A DNA stretch of 17,186 bases from Candidatus Methylomirabilia bacterium (lineage in GTDB: Bacteria; Methylomirabilota; Methylomirabilia; Rokubacteriales; CSP1-6): contig JBGQHJ010000109.1 of the NCBI GenBank assembly GCA_041497895.1, forward strand, positions 1-17,186, in the 5' to 3' direction. How positions within the stretch are numbered: position 1 is the first letter of the stretch; each line of letters begins with the position of its first letter. Below are positions 1-7,140 of the stretch, piece by piece. The translations under genes and the position numbers were made by a program. The notes under the pieces are model-generated. The model saw only the letters and a program-made list of their open reading frames with translations, did not search any database and was not told the DNA's origin.

Positions 1-575
1 AGCGGGTAGAGCTTGCCGAAGAAGAAGTGGTCCGCGCCCTCGATGATCCGCGCCTCCGCCCCGGTGGCCTCGGCGAGCCGCTCCAGCGCGTCGACCGGGC
101 AGTAGGTATCGCGGGTGCCGGCCACCAGGAGCGTGCGGCCGGCGCGGGGCGCCAGGGCCTGGAAGTCGAGCATGCTGAGGGGAGGGGCGATGAGCGCGAG
201 CGGCGCGTCACCCGGCCACATGGTGCGCGCGGCGGTCCAGGCCCCGAACGAGTAGCCGATGACCCCGACCGGGTCGCCGGGGGGCAGGCGGCCGGCCAGG
301 GTCGCCATCGCGGCGCGCACATCGTCCTGCTCCCCCAGCCCCTTGTCGTGGACCCCGGTCGAGGCGCCGACCCCGCGGAAGTTGAAGCGGAGGGTGGCAT
401 AGCCGGCCGCCTGGACGACCTCCGCGGCCCGGATCACCACCGGGTTGTCCATGTCCCCGCCGTAGAGCGGGTGAGGGTGGCAGAGGACGAAGCCGCCCTT
501 CGGGGCTCCGACGAGGGCGAGCCGCCCTTCCAGGCGGGGCCCCCCCGGCACCGGCACGACGACGGGGTCTTCCAT
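1..575 (-). CDS. Alpha/beta hydrolase (COG2945-like), 3' end truncated by window edge
   Basis: Not in the ORF track because its stop lies outside the window. Translated by hand from ATG 575: MEDPVVVPVPGGPRLEGRL...LCHPHPLYGGDMDNPVV...LRFNFRGVGAS...GYSFGA...GTRDTYC...EGADHFF. It has the GxSxG nucleophile motif plus Asp and His triad motifs. Confidence 0.9.
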   Translation of the reverse strand, partial: MEDPVVVPVPGGPRLEGRLALVGAPKGGFVLCHPHPLYGGDMDNPVVIRAAEVVQAAGYATLRFNFRGVGASTGVHDKGLGEQDDVRAAMATLAGRLPPGDPVGVIGYSFGAWTAARTMWPGDAPLALIAPPLSMLDFQALAPRAGRTLLVAGTRDTYCPVDALERLAEATGAEARIIEGADHFFFGKLYP

Positions 576-584
576 GGCGCTCCG

Positions 585-613
585 ACCTTAGGGGGTCATT
601 GGGGAATATTCAA
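585..613 (-). promoter_or_regulatory. Putative sigma70 promoter of the hydrolase: TTGAAT-17-TAAGGT
   Basis: -35 at 608-613, -10 at 585-590, 17-nt spacer, 9 nt before ATG 575. Confidence 0.45.
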
Positions 614-642
614 GGGCCAGTCCGCGTCTGAACCGGCGAGGT

Positions 643-648
643 TATAAT
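643..648 (+). promoter_or_regulatory. Consensus -10 box TATAAT, probable leaderless promoter of the anti-sigma gene
   Basis: Perfect TATAAT in a GC-rich context, 7 nt before ATG 656. No Shine-Dalgarno in between and no clear -35. Confidence 0.6.
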
Positions 649-655
649 TTCCCCC

Positions 656-1174
656 ATGGCCATGCTGGGATGCCTGTGGAACCGCCCGCGGCTCGAGCGC
701 CTGGTCGACGGCGCCCTGGGGCCCCGGATGGAGCGCATGGCCGCCTCTCACACCTCCCGCTGCGTGGGCTGCCGGGACGAGGTGGAGCGCCTTCGTCGGC
801 TCCAGGCGCTGGTCCGGGGTGTCGGGACCCCGGTGGCCAATCCCGACTGGTCGGGCTTCTGGCCCGCCGTCCGGGTCCGGATCGCGGCCGAGCATCCGGC
901 GCCGGCACGGGATCCCTGGTGGCTCCCCTACTGGAAGCCGCTGTGGGGCCATCCGCGGGTGGCCCTGGGGGGGCTCGTGGTCTCGAGCCTGGCGGTGGCC
1001 CTGGTGCTCTGGCCGAGCGCGGAGACCACGAAGGCCGCGATGGCCGCGCCGGTGCAGGTCCAGGACGTGTCCACCACGGATCCCAACCGCAGCGTGATGG
1101 TCTACTCGAATCCGGACGACGACGTCACCGTGATCTGGGTGTTCAACCCGATCGAGCAGGACGAGCAGTCCTGA
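656..1174 (+). CDS. Zinc-finger (zf-HC2/ZAS) transmembrane anti-sigma factor
   Basis: N-terminal Cys6 plus HTSRCVGC (HxxxCxxC), one hydrophobic helix (VALGGLVVSSLAVALVLW) and a short beta-rich C-terminal domain. Confidence 0.8.
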   Translation: MAMLGCLWNRPRLERLVDGALGPRMERMAASHTSRCVGCRDEVERLRRLQALVRGVGTPVANPDWSGFWPAVRVRIAAEHPAPARDPWWLPYWKPLWGHPRVALGGLVVSSLAVALVLWPSAETTKAAMAAPVQVQDVSTTDPNRSVMVYSNPDDDVTVIWVFNPIEQDEQS

Positions 1175-1178
1175 CCCG

Positions 1179-1200
1179 CTCCGCGCCGGACGGCGCGGAG
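1179..1200. terminator. GC hairpin between convergent genes (possible bidirectional terminator)
   Basis: CTCCGCGCCG-ga-CGGCGCGGAG perfect inverted repeat in the 46-nt gap between two stop codons. No U-tract. Confidence 0.45.
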
Positions 1201-1220
1201 GTCGTTCCAAGCCTGAGCGG

Positions 1221-2078
1221 CTACTCCTTCAGGCTCGCCAGCCGCTCCTTCGCGAGCGGCGCCTCTTCCGATTGCGGGAAGTGCTCCACCAGGTACTGCA
1301 GGCGCGCCTGGGCGAGCGCGGTCTGCTTGAGCTCGACGAGCGCGAGCGCTTCCTTGTAGAGCGCGGTCGGCACCTTGCTGCCGCGCGGGTAGGCCACCAT
1401 CACCTTGCGGAACTCCTGCACCGCCTGCTCGAGATTCTCGCGGGACTTCTCGGGCTGGCTCGCGGTGGCGCGCGCCATGCTGAAGTAGGCCTCGCCGATC
1501 CAGTACTGGGCGCTGTCCGCCAGCGCGGAGTCCGGGAAGAGGCGGAGGAAGTCGCGGAACCCGGAGACGGAGAGTGGGTAGAGTCCCTTGCTGAAGTCGA
1601 GGTACGCAGCCTGGTAGCTCTCCTCCGCGGTGGCGCCGGCGCCGGAGGCCCGGGGAGCCGCCGCGGTCGAGGGAGCGGACGTCCCGCTCGAGCGGGCGGG
1701 CGGGGGAATGGGCGATGCGCCGCCGCTCGGCGCGGATCGGCCCAGCGAATCCACCCGCTGCGACAGCTCGTCCACCCGGGCGGTCACCCGCGCGACCTCC
1801 CCGGAGAGCGCGTCGAGCCGCGCGCCGAGGGCCGCGATCTGCTTCGCGGTATCCGCGCCCTGTTCGCGGGTGCGGCGGTCGAGCTGCCCCACCACCGTGT
1901 CGGTGTCGCCGCGGCCGCGGTGCACGGCCAGGGTCAGCGAGTTGACGTCTTGCCGGAGCTGCGCGACGTCCTGCTGCAGGGCCTGGCCGGAGACGTCGGC
2001 GCAGCCCGCGGAGGCGGCCGCCATCGCCAGCAGGACCGCCGAAGCGACGAAGGGGAGCCGGTGGCTCCCCTTCGTCAT
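1221..2078 (-). CDS. cpoB: Tol-Pal system protein CpoB/YbgF, predicted lipoprotein
   Basis: Follows pal. Signal peptide ending ASAGC, coiled coil, low-complexity linker, then TPR repeats (YQAAY...AQYWIGEAY...KVPTALYK). The ORF-track start at 2180 lies inside pal. The real start is probably ATG 2078 or GTG 2090 (GAGG 9 nt upstream). Confidence 0.88.
   Translation of the reverse strand: MTKGSHRLPFVASAVLLAMAAASAGCADVSGQALQQDVAQLRQDVNSLTLAVHRGRGDTDTVVGQLDRRTREQGADTAKQIAALGARLDALSGEVARVTARVDELSQRVDSLGRSAPSGGASPIPPPARSSGTSAPSTAAAPRASGAGATAEESYQAAYLDFSKGLYPLSVSGFRDFLRLFPDSALADSAQYWIGEAYFSMARATASQPEKSRENLEQAVQEFRKVMVAYPRGSKVPTALYKEALALVELKQTALAQARLQYLVEHFPQSEEAPLAKERLASLKE
2046..2076. repeat. Perfect 14-bp inverted repeat with 3-nt loop at the cpoB 5' end
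   Basis: GACGAAGGGGAGCC (2046-2059) - GGT - GGCTCCCCTTCGTC (2063-2076). Confidence 0.9.
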
Positions 2079-2110
2079 CTCGCGGTGCACGCGAAACCGC
2101 CTCGTGCGGA

Positions 2111-2692
2111 TCAGCGCGCCTTCACCAGGAAGTGCGCTCGACGATTCTGGGCCCAGCAGGCCTCGGAGTGCTCGGTGCACGTCGGCCGCTCCTTGCCGTA
2201 GGAGATGATCGTGATCCGGCTCGCCTGCACGCCCTGGGCGACGAGGTAGTTCATGGTCGCCTTCGCGCGGCGCTCGCCGAGAGCCAGGTTGTACTCATTG
2301 GTGCCGCGCTCGTCGCAGTGCCCCTCGATCAGGACCAGGTTGTCGTTCGACTTCAGCCAGGCCGCGTTGGTGTCGAGCGTCTTGGCGTCGTTCGGCCGCA
2401 CGTCGTACTTGTCGAAGTCGAAGAACACGTCCTTCAGGTTCGCGTTGGCCGTGAACTCACTCGGTGCCGGCGGCGTCGTGCTGGGGGCCGCGGTCGAAGG
2501 CGCCGCGGGCGACGGCGTCATCGAAGGCGCCGGCGTCGTCGAGGGCGCAGCGGCGGAGGGGCTTGGCGAGCCGGTCGGAGCAGGCGCGGAGGCCGCCGTC
2601 GTGGCGGGTCGCTTCGGGCAGCCCACCAGGAAGAGAGAGAGGGCGATCACCGGCACCGCGAGCAGCAGCGCGCTTCCCCGTCGTTGCGCCAT
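2111..2692 (-). CDS. pal: Peptidoglycan-associated lipoprotein Pal
   Basis: Lipobox LVGC and OmpA-like domain (FFDFDK...IEGHCDERGTNEYNLALGERRA...SYGKERP...NRRA). AGGAGGA SD at 2701-2707 supports ATG 2692. Confidence 0.96.
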   Translation of the reverse strand: MAQRRGSALLLAVPVIALSLFLVGCPKRPATTAASAPAPTGSPSPSAAAPSTTPAPSMTPSPAAPSTAAPSTTPPAPSEFTANANLKDVFFDFDKYDVRPNDAKTLDTNAAWLKSNDNLVLIEGHCDERGTNEYNLALGERRAKATMNYLVAQGVQASRITIISYGKERPTCTEHSEACWAQNRRAHFLVKAR

Positions 2693-2723
2693 GAGTCCAA
2701 TCCTCCTTGAGTTCGTCGAATTC

Positions 2724-2752
2724 GTCATATCAACGCGATCTTGCACTACCAA
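2724..2752 (-). promoter_or_regulatory. Putative internal pal promoter: TTGGTA-17-(TGn)TATGAC
   Basis: AT-richer tolB-pal gap. -35 at 2747-2752, -10 at 2724-2729 with an extended TG. Confidence 0.4.
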
Positions 2753-2761
2753 CGCATCCTA

Positions 2762-4117
2762 TCACGGAAGACGTGGCGACCAAGCGGCACTTGTGGATTC
2801 GCCGGGGGTGCGGGGGATCGGCTGCTGCTCCGACCCGTCCGCGAGCATGGTTAACAGCTGGTAGCCGCCGGACCGGTTCGACTGGAAGACGAGGTGCCGC
2901 CCGTTGGGCGCCCAGGAGGCGCCCTCGTTGTTGCCCGGTCCGGCGGTCAGGCGCCGCAGGTTGGAGCCGTCGGGGCTGACCGCCCACAGATCGAAGTTGC
3001 CCTGCCGTGAGGTGAACACGATCGTGTCCCCCTTCGGCGACCAGCGCGGCTGGGTGTTGAAGCCGGCCTGGGTGAGCCGGCGCACGTTGGCGCCCTCGGC
3101 GTCCATCACGAACACGTGGGCCCCCCCCGCCCGCTCCGACACGAACGCGATCTCCCGGCCGGTGGGCGACCACGTGGGCTCGGTGTCGATGCCGCTGTAG
3201 GTGGTGAGCCGGCGGAACGCGCCGGTGGCGAGGTTCAGGAGGTACACCTCCGGGTTGCCGTCCCGCGAGAGCGTCATCGCGAGGAAGCGGCCGTCGGGGC
3301 TGAAGGCGGGCGAGCTGTTGATGCCGAGGAACCCCGCGACCACCTGGACCGGACGGCTCTCGAACGGGAACATCCGGTAGAGGTACGGATAGCCGCGCAT
3401 GTACGACGTGAAGGCGAGGGACCGCGTGTCCGGGCTCCACATCGGCGAGAGGTTGATCGACTTGTTCGACGTCACGTGGGCGGCCCCCGCGCCGTCGTAG
3501 TCCATCAGGCTGAGCTCCTTGGCGCCGCCCCCGTTGTTCACGTAGGCGATCTTGGTGTCCGCGACCCCCGGCTCGCCGGTGAACTGCATCACCACCTCGT
3601 CCGCGATCTTGTGGGCGAGGCGTCGGGCCTGGGGGGCCGGGAGCTCGATCTTCTTGGCCGCGATCAGCCGGAACTCGGGCGAGGTGAGGTCGTAGAGCCG
3701 CATCTCCACCTCGGTCCGGTCGCCGCGGAGATTCAGCAGGCCCTGCAGCCCCGCGTGGGCGCCCGCCGCCGCGAAGTTGGCGAAGGTGGCGCGGACCGCG
3801 GCGGGATCCGCGGTCGGGATCGGGGGCACGTCGGAGACCACGCTGAACAGCGCGGAGAACGTGAGGTCCTTGGCCGTGACCTGCGGGAGGCTGCGGGCGA
3901 GGCCGGCGGTGTCGGAGCCGGCCACCACCGCGAAGTTCGGGATCACGATGTTGAGCTTCTTGGCCCCGGTGGCCAGCACGTTGAGCAGCACGTCGGCGCC
4001 CTGCGAGCGGGCCGCCGGCGGCGAGGACACCACGCCGGCGGTCGCGGCCACCAGCACCAGCACCACCAGGAGCCCGAGCGGTCGCCCGGGACGCATCAGC
4101 GAGGAGAAGACGTTCAT
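2762..4117 (-). CDS. tolB: Tol-Pal beta-propeller protein TolB
   Basis: Signal peptide, TolB_N domain (AHKIADEVV...TKIAYV), PD40 repeats (SPMWSPD, SPAFSPDG, EPTWSPTG, PRWSPKG) and operon position. Confidence 0.95.
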   Translation of the reverse strand: MNVFSSLMRPGRPLGLLVVLVLVAATAGVVSSPPAARSQGADVLLNVLATGAKKLNIVIPNFAVVAGSDTAGLARSLPQVTAKDLTFSALFSVVSDVPPIPTADPAAVRATFANFAAAGAHAGLQGLLNLRGDRTEVEMRLYDLTSPEFRLIAAKKIELPAPQARRLAHKIADEVVMQFTGEPGVADTKIAYVNNGGGAKELSLMDYDGAGAAHVTSNKSINLSPMWSPDTRSLAFTSYMRGYPYLYRMFPFESRPVQVVAGFLGINSSPAFSPDGRFLAMTLSRDGNPEVYLLNLATGAFRRLTTYSGIDTEPTWSPTGREIAFVSERAGGAHVFVMDAEGANVRRLTQAGFNTQPRWSPKGDTIVFTSRQGNFDLWAVSPDGSNLRRLTAGPGNNEGASWAPNGRHLVFQSNRSGGYQLLTMLADGSEQQPIPRTPGESTSAAWSPRLP

Positions 4118-4135
4118 GACTCACCCATGGTCGAT

Positions 4136-5011
4136 TCAGCCGCGACGGAGGTCGAAGGTGAACAGGATGCGGAGCGAAGGCTTCGTCCAGTCGTCCGGCA
4201 GTTTCGGAAAGGGACTCGCCGCCATGACCGCGCGGAGGGCCGCGTTGTCGTAGAACGAGTTGCCCGAGCTCTTGTGAATGGCGGGCGGCCTGATCGAGCC
4301 GTCCCGCTGGATCTCGACGTAGACCTGCGGCTTCTGCGGCGGATCGTTCGGCTGGTTCTGGCGCTGCCACTCCTGCTCGACCTTCTGAAGGACCTGCCGG
4401 AGATACCAGGCGTACGGGAAGTCCGAGACGTCGAGGGTGAGGGCGCCCGCGCCGGTGACCGAGCCGGTCGGCGCGCCCAGCGCGGCGGTCTCGGGCGGCC
4501 GCGACGTCTCCGCGGTCTTCTCGCCCCGCGGGCTCCCGGAGGGGGGCGTCGCGAGCGGGGGCAGCTCTTTCTCGCCCGGGCGCGGCAGCGCGGTGCTCCG
4601 CGGCGGCAGCGGCTTGGCGGTGGGCAGGGACGGTGCCGGGAGGCTCGGGGCCTCGCGGCGGGGCGCCTCACGGGGCGCGGTGGTGGCCTTGGGCTCGGGG
4701 TCGGGCTCGGGCGGGCGCGGGGCCACCGGCGCGTGCGGGCGGGCCGGCAGCGACGGTGCCGCGGGCGCGTTGGGCGTGCCGACCGCGGCCACCATCGGGA
4801 CCAGGTTGACGACCTGGACCTTCTCGGGGCGCCAGCCGCTCCACATCACGAAGGCGGCCATGCCCCCGAACACGACGACGTGGCCGATCGCGGAGAGCCC
4901 GATGGCGGTCAGCGGCACGCGCGGGCGCCGGAGCGCCGGACCCGGCCGCCTCAGACCGGGGTCGGGAAGCGGGCCCATGGAGTAGCGACGGGCCGCCATC
5001 GTGGAGCTCAT
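4136..5011 (-). CDS. tolA: TolA/TonB-family energy transducer
   Basis: TM helix with SxxxH (SAIGH), Pro-rich linker and TonB_C-like domain (IQRDGSI...SSGNSFYDNAALRAV...PFPKLP). Lies between tolR and tolB with an ATGA overlap on tolR. Confidence 0.85.
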   Translation of the reverse strand: MSSTMAARRYSMGPLPDPGLRRPGPALRRPRVPLTAIGLSAIGHVVVFGGMAAFVMWSGWRPEKVQVVNLVPMVAAVGTPNAPAAPSLPARPHAPVAPRPPEPDPEPKATTAPREAPRREAPSLPAPSLPTAKPLPPRSTALPRPGEKELPPLATPPSGSPRGEKTAETSRPPETAALGAPTGSVTGAGALTLDVSDFPYAWYLRQVLQKVEQEWQRQNQPNDPPQKPQVYVEIQRDGSIRPPAIHKSSGNSFYDNAALRAVMAASPFPKLPDDWTKPSLRILFTFDLRRG

Positions 5012-5445
5012 CGGGCGCGGGTCGGCTCCGTCACCATGCCGAGCTTCTCGATGCCCGAGCGGCGAATCCGGTCCATGGTCTCGACCACGAAGCCGTACTG
5101 CAGCGCCTGGTCCGCGCGGAGGTAGAGCGTCTTGTCCTGCCGGTTCTTGAACAGGTCGCGCAGCGTCTGCTCGAGGGAGCCGAGGGGCACCGGCTTGTCG
5201 TTGACGTAGATGGTCTGCTCCTTGGAGAGCGTGAGGACCATCCGCTCCTCGGTCACGGTGGGCTTGCCCGACGTCTTGGGCAGGTTCACGTCGATGCCGC
5301 GGTACATGAGGGGGGCGGTGAGCATGAAGATCAGCAGCAGCACCAGCGTCACGTCGACGAGCGGGATGATGTTGATCTCGGCGAGCGTGCCCCCGATGCG
5401 GTAGCTGCCGGTCCCGATGTCGGAGCCGTCGACCTTAATGGCCAT
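5008..5445 (-). CDS. tolR: TolR/ExbD
   Basis: EINIIPLVDVTLVLLLIFMLTAP with the conserved Asp; LRADQALQYGFVV. Confidence 0.93.
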   Translation of the reverse strand: MAIKVDGSDIGTGSYRIGGTLAEINIIPLVDVTLVLLLIFMLTAPLMYRGIDVNLPKTSGKPTVTEERMVLTLSKEQTIYVNDKPVPLGSLEQTLRDLFKNRQDKTLYLRADQALQYGFVVETMDRIRRSGIEKLGMVTEPTRAR

Positions 5446-6175
5446 CTTTCGCCACTCGCGCCATCTTCTGCACCGGGCGCGCGAACGCGTTCAGCAGGTC
5501 GAGGGTGAAGCCCTCCATCTCCATCGCCCAGTGCTTCGTGCGGTTCACGAAGAAGTTGTAGCCCATGACCGCGGGGATCGCGGCGCCGAGGCCCGCCGCG
5601 GTGGCGATCAGGGCCTCGGAGATGCCGGGCGCCACCACCGCGAGGTTGGCGGAGCCCTGCTGGCCGATGCCCTGGAACGCGGTCATGATGCCCCACACGG
5701 TGCCGAAGAGGCCGATGAACGGCGCCGAGCTGGCCACCGTGCCCAGGAACGGCAGGTAGCGCTCCATTCGCGCCACCTCCGACGAGCCGGCGCGGCGTAG
5801 CGCCCGGCTCGAGGCCTCGAGCCGCTCCGGGGGCAGCCCCTCGTCCGCGTCGTCGAGCACGTGGTCCACCATCTCGGAGCTGCCGTACGCGGTGACGAGC
5901 TCCTGGCCGGCCGAGACGTAGAGCTGGGCCAGCGGGCTGTCGCGGTGCTTCTTGGCCGCCGCGTAGACCACCGAGAAGCGGCGCGCCTCGCGGAAGATCT
6001 GGCGGAAGCGCAGCGACTCGCGGCGGATCTTGCGGAACTCCCACCACTTCTCGACGATCAGGGCCCAGCAGACGACCGAGAAGATCGCGAGAACGAGCAG
6101 GATGAACTTGGCGACGGGACCGGCGCTGAAGACGAGCTCTGCAACGCCCCCGTTGACGCTTCCTGACCCTGGCAC
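5435..6175 (-). CDS. tolQ: TolQ (MotA/TolQ/ExbB proton channel)
   Basis: APFIGLFGTVWGIM and VAPGISEALIATAAGL motifs. Start set at GTG 6175 with AAGGAG at 6182-6187; the longer ORF-track version runs into lgt. Confidence 0.94.
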   Translation of the reverse strand: MPGSGSVNGGVAELVFSAGPVAKFILLVLAIFSVVCWALIVEKWWEFRKIRRESLRFRQIFREARRFSVVYAAAKKHRDSPLAQLYVSAGQELVTAYGSSEMVDHVLDDADEGLPPERLEASSRALRRAGSSEVARMERYLPFLGTVASSAPFIGLFGTVWGIMTAFQGIGQQGSANLAVVAPGISEALIATAAGLGAAIPAVMGYNFFVNRTKHWAMEMEGFTLDLLNAFARPVQKMARVAKDGH

Positions 6176-6228
6176 TCGGGTCTCCTTATGGGGTGGATGG
6201 TGAACGACGCGCGGAATTGCTTCATTTG

Positions 6229-6258
6229 ATGATACCGGACGATTTTTGAGAGTGTCAA
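6229..6258 (-). promoter_or_regulatory. sigma70 promoter of the tol-pal operon: TTGACA-18-TATCAT
   Basis: Perfect -35 at 6253-6258 and 5/6 -10 at 6229-6234, in an AT-rich intergenic region. Confidence 0.75.
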
Positions 6259-6297
6259 CAAATTCGCCCGGAAAATGCCTGAAAAGTCGCTGAATTA

Positions 6298-6326
6298 TTG
6301 ACAGTCTCGGCGCACCGCCGTATAAG
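6298..6326 (+). promoter_or_regulatory. sigma70 promoter of lgt: TTGACA-17-TATAAG (leaderless)
   Basis: Perfect -35 at 6298-6303 and -10 at 6321-6326, 6 nt before ATG 6333. No SD. Confidence 0.75.
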
Positions 6327-6332
6327 CCTTCT

Positions 6333-7118
6333 ATGTTCCACTCGCCCGGTCCGATCGCGCTGCACGTGGGGCCGATCGCGATCCGCTGGTACGGCGTCCT
6401 CATGGCGAGCGCGATGGCCCTGGGGCTCTGGCTCGGCCACCGGGACGCGCGCCGGCGGGGCATCGATGCCGAAAGCCTGCTCAAGGCGGCCGAGCTGGCC
6501 CTGCTCGGCGGCCTCGTGGGCGCGCGCCTCTACTACGTGCTGTTCAACCTCGACTACTACGGCCAGTTCCCCGGTAAAATCTTCGCGCTCTGGGAGGGTG
6601 GGCTCGCCATCCACGGTGGCGTGATCGGCGGCATCCTCGCGGGGGGCGGCTACGCGTGGCGCCGGGGGCTGCCGGTGCGGCAATACCTCGACATCGCGGC
6701 GCCGAGCCTCGCCATCGGGCAGGCCATCGGCCGGTGGGGCAACTTCTTCAACGAGGAAGCCTTCGGCCGCCCGACCGACCTCCCCTGGAGACTGTTCATC
6801 TCGCCGCCGCACCGGCCGCTCGAGTACGCGCAGTCCGAGTACTTCCACCCGACCTTCCTCTACGAGTCGCTCTGGGACCTGCTCGTGTTCGGCGTCCTGA
6901 TCTTCGGGCTGCGGGATCGCCTCGAGCGGGCCCCGGGAGCGCTGTTCCTCGCCTACCTCGGGCTCTACTCGGCGGGCCGGTTCTTCACCGAGGGACTGCG
7001 CACCGACGCGCTGATGCTGGGCCCGCTTCGCATCGCGCAGGTGGTGAGCCTGATCGGCATGGCGGTGGCGGCGGTGGGCGTGCCCCTGCTGCTGCGCCAC
7101 CGCGGCCGCGCCGCCTGA
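6333..7118 (+). CDS. lgt: Prolipoprotein diacylglyceryl transferase
   Basis: IRWYG, GARLYYV, WEGGLAIHGG, GQAIGRWGNFFNEEAFG, HPTFLYES and RFFTEGLR motifs. Confidence 0.97.
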   Translation: MFHSPGPIALHVGPIAIRWYGVLMASAMALGLWLGHRDARRRGIDAESLLKAAELALLGGLVGARLYYVLFNLDYYGQFPGKIFALWEGGLAIHGGVIGGILAGGGYAWRRGLPVRQYLDIAAPSLAIGQAIGRWGNFFNEEAFGRPTDLPWRLFISPPHRPLEYAQSEYFHPTFLYESLWDLLVFGVLIFGLRDRLERAPGALFLAYLGLYSAGRFFTEGLRTDALMLGPLRIAQVVSLIGMAVAAVGVPLLLRHRGRAA

Positions 7119-7140
7119 CCGCTCGTCCGGGTCGCCGCCG

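Noticed and set aside
27..647. 206-aa plus-strand ORF
   Set aside because: Antisense shadow of the minus-strand alpha/beta hydrolase.
3121..3128. C8 homopolymer in tolB (and C7 at 540-546) as phase-variation tracts
   Set aside because: The runs are short, the frames are intact and they encode ordinary Gly-containing codons in GC-rich DNA.
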